64,000 bases of DNA from contig OZ252093.1 of the NCBI GenBank assembly GCA_965248175.1, positions 2,517,762 to 2,581,761 on the forward strand. The letters run 5' to 3'. Shown here piece after piece: positions 1-10,121 of this stretch (the stretch's first letter is position 1; every line of letters starts with the position of its first letter). This DNA comes from Rhodothermales bacterium. Its GTDB lineage: Bacteria; Bacteroidota; Rhodothermia; Rhodothermales; VXPQ01. Position numbers and translations under genes: made by a program. The notes under the pieces are model-generated. The model did no database searches, was not told the origin of the DNA, and saw only the letters and a list, made by a program, of their open reading frames with translations.

Positions 1-2
1 CG

Positions 3-479
3 ATGCCGGACTTGCACAGTGCGACATGGACAACCCTTCATGACTACAGGCCCCATGAAGGAATGCGCGCATTCGAAATGTGGGAATCCAGCATGGCCAT
101 GCAACTCGGTCTGGGGGCAGCCGTCGATTATGCACTGGATCTGGGACTCGATGCCATCCGGGGACGCATCCGGGCCCTTGCCGATCTACTGCGGCAGCGC
201 CTCAATGCCCTGGACGGTATCCGCGTGCGGGATACGGGAACAGAGCGAGGGGGCATCGTGACCTTCGACATTGCAAACGTGGCGGCATCTGTTGTCAAAT
301 CATGTCTTCGGGAGCAATCCATGCATATCACCGTGTCCCTGCCCTCGCACACGCTGCTTGACGCCATGGAGCGTAACCTCCCCGAAATGGTGCGTGCTTC
401 CGTGCATTACTACAACACGGAAGCGGAAATCGACCGGTTCTGCGAAGCAGTACATGCCATCTCTTCGAAAGGCGCATGA
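3..479 (+). CDS. aminotransferase class V-fold PLP-dependent enzyme, C-terminal part (5' end outside window)
   Basis: Open from the window edge. The C-terminal VRASVHYYNTEAEIDRF-type tail is typical of class V aminotransferase/cysteine desulfurase-like enzymes. ATGA overlap with the next gene. Confidence 0.7.
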   Translation: MPDLHSATWTTLHDYRPHEGMRAFEMWESSMAMQLGLGAAVDYALDLGLDAIRGRIRALADLLRQRLNALDGIRVRDTGTERGGIVTFDIANVAASVVKSCLREQSMHITVSLPSHTLLDAMERNLPEMVRASVHYYNTEAEIDRFCEAVHAISSKGA

Positions 480-1768
480 CCTCCGATACGAAACATCCCC
501 GAGGCGCTGTCGCCGCATGGGCCACATACGACTTCGCCAACTCGGCGTTCACGACGCTCATCGTCACCTTCGTATTCGCCACGTATTTCACGGATGCGAT
601 CGCAGAAAATGCCATATCCGGCACAGCGCTCTGGTCGCGCGCCGTAGCCCTGTCCCAGGTCGCTGTTGCTTTGCTTTCTCCCTGGTTAGGCCTCCTTGCG
701 GATCGGAACGGGCTTCGCAAGCGATTCCTTTTGCTCTCCACGCTGGTGTGCATTGCCGCCTCGGCAGCCCTGTACTTTGCGGGTCCCGGAGATGTGTTGT
801 TCGCCCTCGTCGTGTTCGCGGCAGGCAATATCGCCTTTGAACTTTCGAATGTCTTCTACAACGCTTTCTTGCCTGAACTGGCCACGCCCCAGCGGATCGG
901 GCGCATATCGGGATACGGCTGGGCGCTCGGGTACGCAGGCGGGTTGTGTTGTCTTCTGATCGGCTACTTCGTTCTCGTGGCCCCTGAAACGCCTCCTTTC
1001 GGACTCGTCCGGGAAACGGGAGAACATGTGCGGGCGACTAATCTGCTCGTGGCAGCCTGGTATGGGATCTTTTCACTGCCCCTTTTCCTCACCCTGAAGA
1101 AATCCCTGCCCGCAAAACGACTCGCCGCTGGCAGGGCCCTGCAAACGTCCATACAAGACCTCGGGCGTACGTTGCGCGAAGTACGCCACTCCAAAGACCT
1201 GTTCCAGCTCCTCCTTGCCCGGCTGATCTATAACGACGGCCTCATCACGCTTTTCGCCTTCGGGGGCATCTACGCCACCGGCACGCTCGGATTCTCCACC
1301 GAAGATATTTTTCTCTTTGGCATTGCTCTGAACATTGCGGCAGGCGCCGGCGCCTGGGCCTTCGGCTTCCTGGACGACCGTATCGGTGGACGCGCCACCA
1401 TCCTTATCAGCCTTGTGGTGCTTACGCTTGGAACAATCATGGCCGTGCTCACGACGAACGTCGGCCTGTTCTGGGCTGCGGCGCTCCTCGGCGGCATATG
1501 CGCCGGCCCCAACCAATCCGCGAGCCGCTCGCTCATGGGGCGATTCATCCCTTCCGGCAAGGAAAACGAATATTACGGCCTGTTCGCCTTCTCGGGCAAA
1601 GCGACGGCATTCCTGGGGCCGGTGTTGCTGGGAATCGTAACAGGTCTGTTCAACAGCCAGCGGGCCGGCTTGGCCATCGTGGCAGCTTTCTTTATTGCAG
1701 GCGCCCTACTGCTTCTTCGTGTCAATGAAGCGCGGGGAATGGCCAGCGCCCAGGCATACGGGCAGTGA
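476..1768 (+). CDS. MFS transporter (UMF1/Atg22-like family)
   Basis: 430 aa, multi-pass hydrophobic. N-terminal WATYDFANSAFTTLIVTFVF motif is characteristic of UMF1-type MFS proteins. Confidence 0.8.
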   Translation: MTSDTKHPRGAVAAWATYDFANSAFTTLIVTFVFATYFTDAIAENAISGTALWSRAVALSQVAVALLSPWLGLLADRNGLRKRFLLLSTLVCIAASAALYFAGPGDVLFALVVFAAGNIAFELSNVFYNAFLPELATPQRIGRISGYGWALGYAGGLCCLLIGYFVLVAPETPPFGLVRETGEHVRATNLLVAAWYGIFSLPLFLTLKKSLPAKRLAAGRALQTSIQDLGRTLREVRHSKDLFQLLLARLIYNDGLITLFAFGGIYATGTLGFSTEDIFLFGIALNIAAGAGAWAFGFLDDRIGGRATILISLVVLTLGTIMAVLTTNVGLFWAAALLGGICAGPNQSASRSLMGRFIPSGKENEYYGLFAFSGKATAFLGPVLLGIVTGLFNSQRAGLAIVAAFFIAGALLLLRVNEARGMASAQAYGQ

Positions 1769-1776
1769 GTCCTGCC

Positions 1777-2226
1777 CTATTCTCCCGTTTCCTCGACCTG
1801 CCGCACACGGGCTATCTGTCGAACATTCCAGTCGTCCTCTCCGAAAGACGTATCGAACCAGCGGTCCAGGATCTCTCTCAGTATAGCCGGCGATGTAGCG
1901 CGCAGACTCAACGCCAGTACATTGGCGTGATTCCAGATGCGGGCCCCCTTTGCCGTTTCCCCATCGCTGCACAACGCGGCACGTACGCCGGGCGCCTTGT
2001 TGGCCACAATAGAGCAACCTGTGCCCGTCCAGCATAGCACGATAGCCTCATCGGCCTCACCGCTTCGAACCGCCCCGACCGCCTCCATCGTTACCTCCGG
2101 CCAATCTGCCGTATCCTGTTCTGCCTCGGGTCCGAAATACAATGGTTCATGTCCTCGTTGCACGAGTTCCTCAAGCAAGGTTTTGACAAGAGGCAACCAT
2201 TCGTCGGTACTGACCGCAATACGCAT
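1777..2226 (-). CDS. rpiB: RpiB/LacA/LacB family sugar-phosphate isomerase
   Basis: MRIAVSTDE... CWTGTGCSIVANKAPGVRAA... HANVLALSLR motifs. I place the start at the internal ATG (2226), because the upstream extension of the tracked ORF looks non-native. Confidence 0.8.
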   Translation of the reverse strand: MRIAVSTDEWLPLVKTLLEELVQRGHEPLYFGPEAEQDTADWPEVTMEAVGAVRSGEADEAIVLCWTGTGCSIVANKAPGVRAALCSDGETAKGARIWNHANVLALSLRATSPAILREILDRWFDTSFGEDDWNVRQIARVRQVEETGE

Positions 2227-2381
2227 GAAATTCAGGAAACAGATTATGAATACCGGTACCAGAGCATGGGGCATGAAACAAAACGTCAAACTCAACCGGA
2301 TACCTCCTGCTCCCTTGTGAACCAGTGGTGCGGTGATTAGTTTTTGCGGGCTTGCATTTTGAATCTTCCGACGCGTTCCCC

Positions 2382-3203
2382 ATGCCCAAGACCCCCACTA
2401 TCCGACACATTGCGGAATTTCTGGAAGCATGGGCCCCTCTCTCGTCAGCGATGTCATACGACAATGTCGGCCTGCAAGTGGGGAACCCCGATGCGGAAGT
2501 CCAGACAGCATTGCTTGGCCTGGATATGACACCAGACCTGCTCAACGAAGCGAAAGCACTCGGCGCCACGCTTATCGTCACCCATCATCCCCTCCTTTTT
2601 CGCCCCTTGCATGCCGTCACCACAGAAACCTATGTCCCGAATCTGGTCTGGCGCCTCGCTGCCGCAAACATCGCACTGTACAGCATCCATACGAACCTTG
2701 ACGCCGCCTCAGGCGGCGTATCGTTTGCCCTTGCAAAGCAACTGGGACTCACTCATACCGAATTCCTCCAGCCCTCCGAGAGCGGCGAAACCGGCTTCGG
2801 AGTGATCGGCTCATTGCCTACCCCCATTCGCTTGCAGGCCTTCCTCGAGATCGTCGCCGAGCGCCTCGAAACGCCTGCATTGCGTTATGTGGGCGACTCC
2901 GAAGCATGTATCAAGCGCGTAGCCGTGTGCGGCGGGGCAGGAAGCAACCTGATTGCGGAAGCGGCCTCTCGTGGTGCAGACGCCTACGTTACTGCGGATA
3001 TAAAATATCACGACTTTTTCAACGTACTCGACACACAAGGGCATCCGTACCCTGCCCTGATCGATGCCGGACACTACGAAACAGAAAAATTCACGGAAAG
3101 CCTGCTTGTGGAGGCACTGGCGAAGCAATTTCCCCAGACAGTCTGGCGGCGTACGCAAACCAGCACAAGCCCCGTGCGAACTTTTATCTCCCCGAAACGT
3201 TAG
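2382..3203 (+). CDS. Nif3-like dinuclear metal center protein (YbgI/GTP cyclohydrolase 1 type 2 family)
   Basis: VGLQVGN...LIVTHHPLLF...IALYSIHTNLD...DAGHYETE motifs. ATG at 2382; the track ORF starts at an upstream TTG. Confidence 0.85.
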   Translation: MPKTPTIRHIAEFLEAWAPLSSAMSYDNVGLQVGNPDAEVQTALLGLDMTPDLLNEAKALGATLIVTHHPLLFRPLHAVTTETYVPNLVWRLAAANIALYSIHTNLDAASGGVSFALAKQLGLTHTEFLQPSESGETGFGVIGSLPTPIRLQAFLEIVAERLETPALRYVGDSEACIKRVAVCGGAGSNLIAEAASRGADAYVTADIKYHDFFNVLDTQGHPYPALIDAGHYETEKFTESLLVEALAKQFPQTVWRRTQTSTSPVRTFISPKR

Positions 3204-3251
3204 CTTGTCTTGCACCCGTCAGTCCTTGAATTTGCTATCGAGATATACAAC

Positions 3252-4010
3252 ATGCCCACTGCTCAGGAGACAAGTACCGGCGTACAACTGCGGGCCTTGA
3301 TCTGTCTCCAGTACATCGACAGCCAAATAGACCAGATCGAAAAACTGCGCGGCGATCTGCCGGAGGAAATTCGCGACCTCCGGGATGAAAAGGAAGGTCT
3401 TGCTACACGCATCGAGAAATACAAACAGGAAGAGACGCAAAACAAGGAAGACAAGGAGTCATCCGGAACAAGCGTCAAGGATGCCGAGCTACTCATTGTG
3501 CGGTATGAGGAACAGCAACTCCAGGTAAGGAATAACCGCGAGTACGACGCACTTACGAAGGAAGTCGAAGCGCAAAAGCAGCGCATTGAGGAAGCGAACA
3601 AGCGCATCGAAGAAATCAGCCAGAACGAGGAGGGGCATAAGGCTGCTATCGAAGAGGCCGAGGCCCGGATGAAAGAGCTGGACGAAGTCCTTTCCACGAA
3701 GGAAAAAGATTTGCAGGAAGTGCTTGACGATACCAAGCAGGAACAGGCCCATCTGGAAGAAAAACGAGCCGAGGCTGCCCAAAAGGTGGATGCCCGCTAT
3801 TTACGCGCCTATGAACGCCTGCGAGGACGTCTACACGACGGCAGGGCAGTAGTACCCATCGAACGAGGCGCCGCGGCCGGCTTTGCCGTTCCTCCACAGC
3901 GCCAGGTCGAGGTTCGCCAGGGTAATCGCATTGTGGCCTGCGAACACACAGGACGGATCATCGTAGACAATGACCTGTTTGTCAAGACAATCGAGGCAAC
4001 AAACAAATAG
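3252..4010 (+). CDS. DUF164-type coiled-coil protein with degenerate C-terminal zinc ribbon
   Basis: Long Glu/Lys-rich coiled coil, then a ...VVPIERGAAAGFAVPPQ...ACEHTGRII tail that aligns to the C4 zinc ribbon of this family. Conserved position directly after Nif3. Confidence 0.75.
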   Translation: MPTAQETSTGVQLRALICLQYIDSQIDQIEKLRGDLPEEIRDLRDEKEGLATRIEKYKQEETQNKEDKESSGTSVKDAELLIVRYEEQQLQVRNNREYDALTKEVEAQKQRIEEANKRIEEISQNEEGHKAAIEEAEARMKELDEVLSTKEKDLQEVLDDTKQEQAHLEEKRAEAAQKVDARYLRAYERLRGRLHDGRAVVPIERGAAAGFAVPPQRQVEVRQGNRIVACEHTGRIIVDNDLFVKTIEATNK

Positions 4011-4116
4011 CCGGATCGTACGAGGGAGCACGGGTGATTTTGCACCGTTCTCTCGCCACCGGGCAGAGGCAGGGCAACAAGGTCGAGTCAATGCGTACGG
4101 CCGGCACATCCCCAAA

Positions 4117-4531
<415 letters not shown>

Positions 4532-4550
4532 CGCGATATGCCAGACGTGC

Positions 4551-4904
4551 TTATTCGTCGGCGGGAATCGGCTCCGGCATTGCCGGAAGTTCCTGCTGTT
4601 CTCCAACAGGAGGCAGTGCAGGCGCCGTTTGTTCTTCCTGCGCGCGTTGCTGGATCACGCTTTCTTGCACCTGCTCCTCTCCAATAGCGAAATTCGACAC
4701 GACGCAAAGTATGATGAACAGCGTGGCGAGCATCCAGGTCGCCTTCTCGAGCACATCCGGGGCCTGACGCGTACCCAGGATTTGTTGCGTAGCACCGCCC
4801 GCGGCAATACCGGCAAGCCCCCCTCCCCGTCCGCTCTGCACAAGCACTATGAGCGTAATCAGGACCGCAATCACCCCGATTAGCGTGATGATGAATGTAA
4901 ACAT
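4551..4904 (-). CDS. secG: preprotein translocase subunit SecG
   Basis: 117 aa, two TM segments, LIVLVQSGRGGGLAGIAAGG signature, then a Glu/Gln/Pro-rich tail. Confidence 0.85.
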   Translation of the reverse strand: MFTFIITLIGVIAVLITLIVLVQSGRGGGLAGIAAGGATQQILGTRQAPDVLEKATWMLATLFIILCVVSNFAIGEEQVQESVIQQRAQEEQTAPALPPVGEQQELPAMPEPIPADE

Positions 4905-5044
4905 GGTCGCCGTGTCGTCGAATGTCGAATGATTGCCGATCGTGCCCCGCGCCTGTTATCGATAATACCTGACGCGTCGAGGCTGTCCCGATACGCCGAA
5001 CACCCGCATCAGGATCCATACACCTACGCCGGGGATGTTTTTCT

Positions 5045-5620
5045 CTACAGCGATACGTCTACAGAAGCCACTTCCTGCAAGTCAAGGTAGTAACGCGCAT
5101 AGAGCAGAGCCAACGCAGATTTCATATCGACGATACCTCCCTCCCGTACAAGTTTCAGCGCATTGTCAAAAGATGTAGGCGCCACCTCCACAAATTCGCC
5201 TTGCTCGAGACGCTGCGCCCCAACCTTCGTAAGATCTTCAGCAAGATATAAATGAATAATCTCATTGCTGTAACCGAGGCAAGGGAAAAGGGCGCCCAGC
5301 TTCGTGAAAGAGGCAGCGCGCCATCCGGTTTCCTCTTCCAGTTCGCGGGCCGCTGCTTCGGCAGGGTCTTCTCCCGACTTGTCTAATTTTCCGGCGGGTA
5401 CTTCAAGAAACGTGCTTTTGGCCGGATACCGGAACTGGCGAATCAGCAAGGTCGAACCATCCGGAAACAGCGGCACCACAGCAGACGCCCCGGGATGGTC
5501 GATCCACTCCCGAATCCCTTCTTTTCCATCCGGCAGGAGAACGCTGTCGCGATAAACCTTGAGTAACTTGCCGTCGAGTACTTGCTCAGACGAACGTTCC
5601 TTTTCGATGAGATTCTGCAT
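5045..5620 (-). CDS. NUDIX hydrolase (ADP-ribose pyrophosphatase-like)
   Basis: Nudix box GKLDKSGEDPAEAAARELEEETG. Start placed at the internal ATG (MQNLIEKE...). Confidence 0.8.
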   Translation of the reverse strand: MQNLIEKERSSEQVLDGKLLKVYRDSVLLPDGKEGIREWIDHPGASAVVPLFPDGSTLLIRQFRYPAKSTFLEVPAGKLDKSGEDPAEAAARELEEETGWRAASFTKLGALFPCLGYSNEIIHLYLAEDLTKVGAQRLEQGEFVEVAPTSFDNALKLVREGGIVDMKSALALLYARYYLDLQEVASVDVSL

Positions 5621-5774
5621 GACGAAAAACGAAATGGACGAAACCCTCTGGCCTCGTGAGGCACATATGTTTCCTGAAATGACCCCCTCCGAACGCACAC
5701 GCCGGAATATGGGTCCCCTCTCTCTTGCCCGGCTTGTTGGCCTTCACCTATGCGCTGCTCCGCCCGCATGGCGG

Positions 5775-7439
5775 TCACAGCCCGAAAGAAACACCCGCAT
5801 GGATACGCACGTCCCCCGGCCCGCTCTCGGGATTCAAGGCAGCGCTCATATTGATAAGCCCCGCAGCGGTTTTGAACCGGATACCCACGCCGTACCCCGG
5901 GTGGACGCCCCGCATAACCTGCAAGTCCGGCGTCTTCGGACGATCCACATAGCCGAGATCGCAAAAGGCATAGGCATACGAAATCGCATCGATCAATATC
6001 CGATATTCGACAAGCGCTCTTCCAACAATGCGCCCCAGAAACCGGTCTTCATCGTATCCCCTGAGCGTCGCAGCGCCGCCGAACCGGAAAAGATCGCTCC
6101 GGTCGTATTCCGGACTCAACAAGACGCTGGCGTCTACTCCAACAACAACTACCGATCGGGAAAATGCCGGGGCAAACCAGCGCCCCGTTGCATGCAGCCT
6201 CCGCTGCTCCAGCAAGGTCCGGCTCCGAAGCGTATCCATACCAACCACCTGGTGCTCCGTGCGCTCCTTGCGCCCGCTTTCGAGGTTCATCTCCATATAA
6301 AAACCCTGTGAGGGATTCGATATGCGGTCGAGGAGCGACAAGCGCACGCCCAGACCCAGGAAACGCGCCTTTGCCATGGGGGCCACCTGCCGCCCTGACG
6401 GGCCGATCCGTACACCGGCTTGCCCGGGCGCCGTACTTTCCCGGCTGAATCCGGCGAATACCTTCATGCCTGGCGCAAGATCATAGTTCAGTTCGCCCCG
6501 GTATGCCCTTTTTCCATACGTAGAATCCTCTTCCAGTCCGGAGAAACCCGCCTCCAACCCCAGCGGAAATCCAAAGGCAAACGGCCAGGCCGCCGACACG
6601 TCGAGGCTGCTCACCTGATCCGGCAGCCGGTTCAGGCGCAAGGACATCGTACGGCCGCGCCCGAACGGATTGCGGAGCGCAAGATGCCCACTGCCCGTAA
6701 TGCTGCCGCGCTCACCATCCCCCGAGGGGGGCAAATATCCCAGCACCAGATCGAAGGCGCCGGGGGGGCCTTCTTCTACAGGAATGCGCACCACGGCCGA
6801 CGTATCGGCAGCGATACGCAATACCGGCGTGCCAACGGTCTCGAAGAGTTCCGTTCCCTCGATGCGGCGACGGAGGCGCTCCGGATCGAACCGGAGCATT
6901 TTCATCCCCGGTTTCATTCCCGCCAGACGGGTAACAAGCTGCGGCCGCGTCCGTTGGGCGCCCTCCAGATCGAAGCGCCGAAGCACTACCTCCGGACCGG
7001 ATACGATGTGTACTGTGACGGCAAGCCGATCCGGCATATCGCCGGAGCGTCCGATCATCTCCACGGAAGCTGTCGAAAGAGGAAGCCCCTCCCGCTCCAG
7101 CACCGACAACACCCGTTCAATATCCGCTTCCATCCGGAGCGGATCGAACGGCTCTCCGGTCCCGAATGCCACTTCAGTCCGGACAATGCGGAGACGCTCC
7201 GGATCCAGGCCCGTAATGTGTACCTCCCCGAGAATGACCCGCGTACTGTCGGACAGGCGGGCCGCCGTATCGGCCCCGCCAGCGCTCTCCTCCACCCCGC
7301 CTCCAGGGGCATCGGCGGGCAGAGCAGTGCGCTCCCTGTTCCCGGATTGCGCATATGCCTCCGGAAGCAGGCCTCCAGGCGCCGCGATCACCAGAACCGC
7401 AAGGGTGAGCGCCCGTACAAACTGCGTTTCGATCCGCAT
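5775..7439 (-). CDS. BamA/TamA-family outer membrane protein (POTRA + surface antigen D15 barrel)
   Basis: Signal peptide MRIETQFVRALTLAVLVIAAPGG...AYAQ when started at 7439. C-terminal beta-barrel ends ...HAGVSFGL. Alternating beta-strand pattern. Confidence 0.75.
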   Translation of the reverse strand: MRIETQFVRALTLAVLVIAAPGGLLPEAYAQSGNRERTALPADAPGGGVEESAGGADTAARLSDSTRVILGEVHITGLDPERLRIVRTEVAFGTGEPFDPLRMEADIERVLSVLEREGLPLSTASVEMIGRSGDMPDRLAVTVHIVSGPEVVLRRFDLEGAQRTRPQLVTRLAGMKPGMKMLRFDPERLRRRIEGTELFETVGTPVLRIAADTSAVVRIPVEEGPPGAFDLVLGYLPPSGDGERGSITGSGHLALRNPFGRGRTMSLRLNRLPDQVSSLDVSAAWPFAFGFPLGLEAGFSGLEEDSTYGKRAYRGELNYDLAPGMKVFAGFSRESTAPGQAGVRIGPSGRQVAPMAKARFLGLGVRLSLLDRISNPSQGFYMEMNLESGRKERTEHQVVGMDTLRSRTLLEQRRLHATGRWFAPAFSRSVVVVGVDASVLLSPEYDRSDLFRFGGAATLRGYDEDRFLGRIVGRALVEYRILIDAISYAYAFCDLGYVDRPKTPDLQVMRGVHPGYGVGIRFKTAAGLINMSAALNPESGPGDVRIHAGVSFGL

Positions 7440-7447
7440 GGCCACGC

Positions 7448-8578
7448 ATGACAAAACGAGTCCCCTCGGCACACGTTCCGTTCGGCGCAGCACACAAGCG
7501 CGCCTTTCGGGGGAGCCTGCTGGCATGGTACGACGCGGACCACCGGGATATGCCATGGCGCAACGTCTCCGATCCGTACCGAATCTGGTTGTCCGAAGTC
7601 ATGCTCCAGCAGACCCGCGTCGATCAGGCAGAGCCATATTACCAACGATTCGTAGAGCGTTTCCCGACCGTCGAGGACCTTGCCGACGCTGCCCTCGACG
7701 ATGTGCTTGCGTGCTGGGAAGGTCTCGGCTACTATTCCCGTGCCCGAAACCTGCATAAGGCTGCCCGGCGCATCGTCGAGTCCTTCGGGGGGCGCATTCC
7801 ATCCAGCGAGCAAGACATCCGTTCTCTTCCCGGCGTGGGGCCGTACACTGCCGCCGCCGTGCTGTCCATTGCCTATGGAAAAGCGCATCCGGCGCTTGAC
7901 GGGAACGCAATAAGGGTACTTACGCGAGTATTCCGGATAGGCGAAGACGCAAACCGGTCCGCAACACGCAGGCGCTTGCAGGAGACAGCGGCGTTACTCA
8001 TGGACCCGGCCCGTCCAGGCGCCTTCAATCAGGCCGTCATGGAACTGGGAGCAAGTGTGTGCAAACCCTCCGCGCCCTGTTGCGGAGTTTGCCCCCTGGA
8101 GTCCGTATGCGCCGCCGCCGAACAGGGCGATCCGGACGCATTCCCGATTACGCCTGCTCGAAAAAAAACACCCCATTTCGATGTGGCCGTGGTGATCATT
8201 TTCGACGAAGCCAGGCGTCTGCTGGTATGCAAGCGCCCCGAGGAGGCTATGCTGGGAGGACTCTGGGAGTTTCCCGGCGGGAAGCGAAACCCCGGCGAAA
8301 CACTGGAAGCAGCGTGTCGGCGTACCTTGCAAGAGAAATGGAACGTAGCCATCGGGATGGATGACCTTGTTCACCGGATATCCCATGCGTACAGCCACTT
8401 CCGCATCACGATGTATGCCTTCCAGGCTACGATCGCAGCGGGTACACCCCATTCCCCTACGGGGCGTGCCCTGAAATGGGCCGACAGCGCCGAACTACGC
8501 GCCCTGGCGTTTTCAAAGACGGGACGCCGCCTGATCGAACACCTGGAGAAACAAGAAACAGCGCGTGAAACGACCTAA
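7448..8578 (+). CDS. mutY: A/G-specific adenine DNA glycosylase MutY
   Basis: WLSEVMLQQTRV, HhH-GPD region, 4Fe-4S Cys cluster CKPSAPCCGVCPLESVC, C-terminal Nudix-like domain. Confidence 0.9.
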   Translation: MTKRVPSAHVPFGAAHKRAFRGSLLAWYDADHRDMPWRNVSDPYRIWLSEVMLQQTRVDQAEPYYQRFVERFPTVEDLADAALDDVLACWEGLGYYSRARNLHKAARRIVESFGGRIPSSEQDIRSLPGVGPYTAAAVLSIAYGKAHPALDGNAIRVLTRVFRIGEDANRSATRRRLQETAALLMDPARPGAFNQAVMELGASVCKPSAPCCGVCPLESVCAAAEQGDPDAFPITPARKKTPHFDVAVVIIFDEARRLLVCKRPEEAMLGGLWEFPGGKRNPGETLEAACRRTLQEKWNVAIGMDDLVHRISHAYSHFRITMYAFQATIAAGTPHSPTGRALKWADSAELRALAFSKTGRRLIEHLEKQETARETT

Positions 8579-8665
8579 CCGGCGGCGCGTAGGAAAAAGG
8601 TCCCCCACTACAGGATGCCTTCCTGCAAGCGGGCATCTACCACCAAACGCCAGCGCCTCATCGAC

Positions 8666-9337
8666 ATGGATTTTGGAGACCTTTTCTGGATCATTCCGCT
8701 TCTTTATGTTCTGAAGCGGGTCTTCTTCGGCTCTCGCAAGCCGGATACGGCCAAAGTGCCATCGACGCGTGAACCCCGGCAGCCACGACCCCAACGAGCG
8801 CAATCGCAGAAGAGCCGGGAAGAATTGCAGGAAGCACTTGGCGAAATCGGCCTGGCGCTGGGCTTCCCGGCAAGCACGATGCAGGAAACCGGCAGTCAAA
8901 AAGAATCCGTAGAGATAGCGGACTACCCGTTCGCCTCCTCAATGCCTCTTGATGCTGCACGCGGCCGTGGACGAAAAGCCGATATGGATCGTGGGACCTC
9001 CCTGTTTCCCATAGACCCGGTATCGGAAGAAATCGTTGCGTACGATGCCTGGCAGGAAAGATCCATGCCGGAAACGATCTATGCACCGGACGCCTCGTTC
9101 GTCGAGAAGGAATCGTTCGAAGAGAGAGGGAACGATCAGGCCCGGGGTCATAAAAACAAAAACCCGGATGCCACAGCAGCCGAATATCTATCCCCGTACG
9201 AGCGTCCGAAAGCTCCCGGCCATACACTGCGGCAGCTCGTTGCACGCACTCCGCTGCAGGAAGCGGTCGCTATGAAAGAAATTCTCGACCGGCCCGTTTC
9301 GTTACGACGGAGATCCGTATCCCCTTTCAGAACCTGA
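8666..9337 (+). CDS. hypothetical protein, N-terminal TM anchor plus charged, probably disordered region
   Basis: MDFGDLFWIIPLLYVLKRVFF anchor. Sense-like composition compared with the Arg-rich antisense ORF. No family recognised. Confidence 0.45.
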   Translation: MDFGDLFWIIPLLYVLKRVFFGSRKPDTAKVPSTREPRQPRPQRAQSQKSREELQEALGEIGLALGFPASTMQETGSQKESVEIADYPFASSMPLDAARGRGRKADMDRGTSLFPIDPVSEEIVAYDAWQERSMPETIYAPDASFVEKESFEERGNDQARGHKNKNPDATAAEYLSPYERPKAPGHTLRQLVARTPLQEAVAMKEILDRPVSLRRRSVSPFRT

Positions 9338-9362
9338 AAAGGCCCCGCTTTCACAGTTAGGG

Positions 9363-9860
9363 TCAAACCAGATCGCTGCTTTCCTGGGCTTTCTCCGCTT
9401 CCTCCCCGCGCTTGAACAGCTTGCTGCCGATAACACCTCCGATGACCCCGGCAATCACAGAGAACACGAGTCCCATCACGACCGCCACGGCGAGAAAACC
9501 GGGAGACATCATAAACTCGCCGAATCCGCCGAGTTGCGACATATCTGCGCCGCCTTGCTCAATACCCTGACGCATTTCCTCCTGCCAGCTCGGCTTGATA
9601 GCCAGCGCCCGAAGCGCGGCATCCAGAACGAACCCGGTGACGTACGCTGCGATGCACGTCAACACACCGAGACCGATGCCCTGCCCGCCCGTGAGGGTCA
9701 CGCTATGTTTGTCGGCGTAATGCCAGACCGCAAGCATCCCCGCACCTATGTACGCAATGCAACTGATGAAATCACCGGCCTGCGGTATGAAGGAGGCCAA
9801 CACCCCAACCAGTCCAGCAATGATGCCCACGAGAAGAATGGATTCTATTTTTTTCGACAT
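9363..9860 (-). CDS. multi-pass membrane protein, function unknown (possibly DUF4199-like)
   Basis: 165 aa with about 4 hydrophobic segments and an acidic C-terminal tail. Confidence 0.6.
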   Translation of the reverse strand: MSKKIESILLVGIIAGLVGVLASFIPQAGDFISCIAYIGAGMLAVWHYADKHSVTLTGGQGIGLGVLTCIAAYVTGFVLDAALRALAIKPSWQEEMRQGIEQGGADMSQLGGFGEFMMSPGFLAVAVVMGLVFSVIAGVIGGVIGSKLFKRGEEAEKAQESSDLV

Positions 9861-10121
9861 CGCGAGAAAGAGATCAGTGAAAAGGGAAGGACGAATACGC
9901 AGAAAGCCGGGGCATATGCCACATCATGTATTGCACCTATGCCGCATAGGGGATGCGCCAGCATCCTGCTTATGAAGTATAGCAGAATCTTTCGTCTTTC
10001 GCCATACCCTGACACCCTGCCGTGCAATCCCATGTTCCGCTGCACCGCCTAAAGGGATACGTATCGTCGAAGCCGGGATCGATCAGCCCGGACATGCACG
10101 GCGGATTCCCGGATCAGTGCT

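Noticed and set aside
9861-10121. 260-bp gap between two membrane-protein genes, including a possible 41-codon Cys-rich minus-strand ORF starting near 10096
   Set aside because: There is no supporting motif, no family resemblance and no clear start context. It is indistinguishable from chance in GC-rich DNA.
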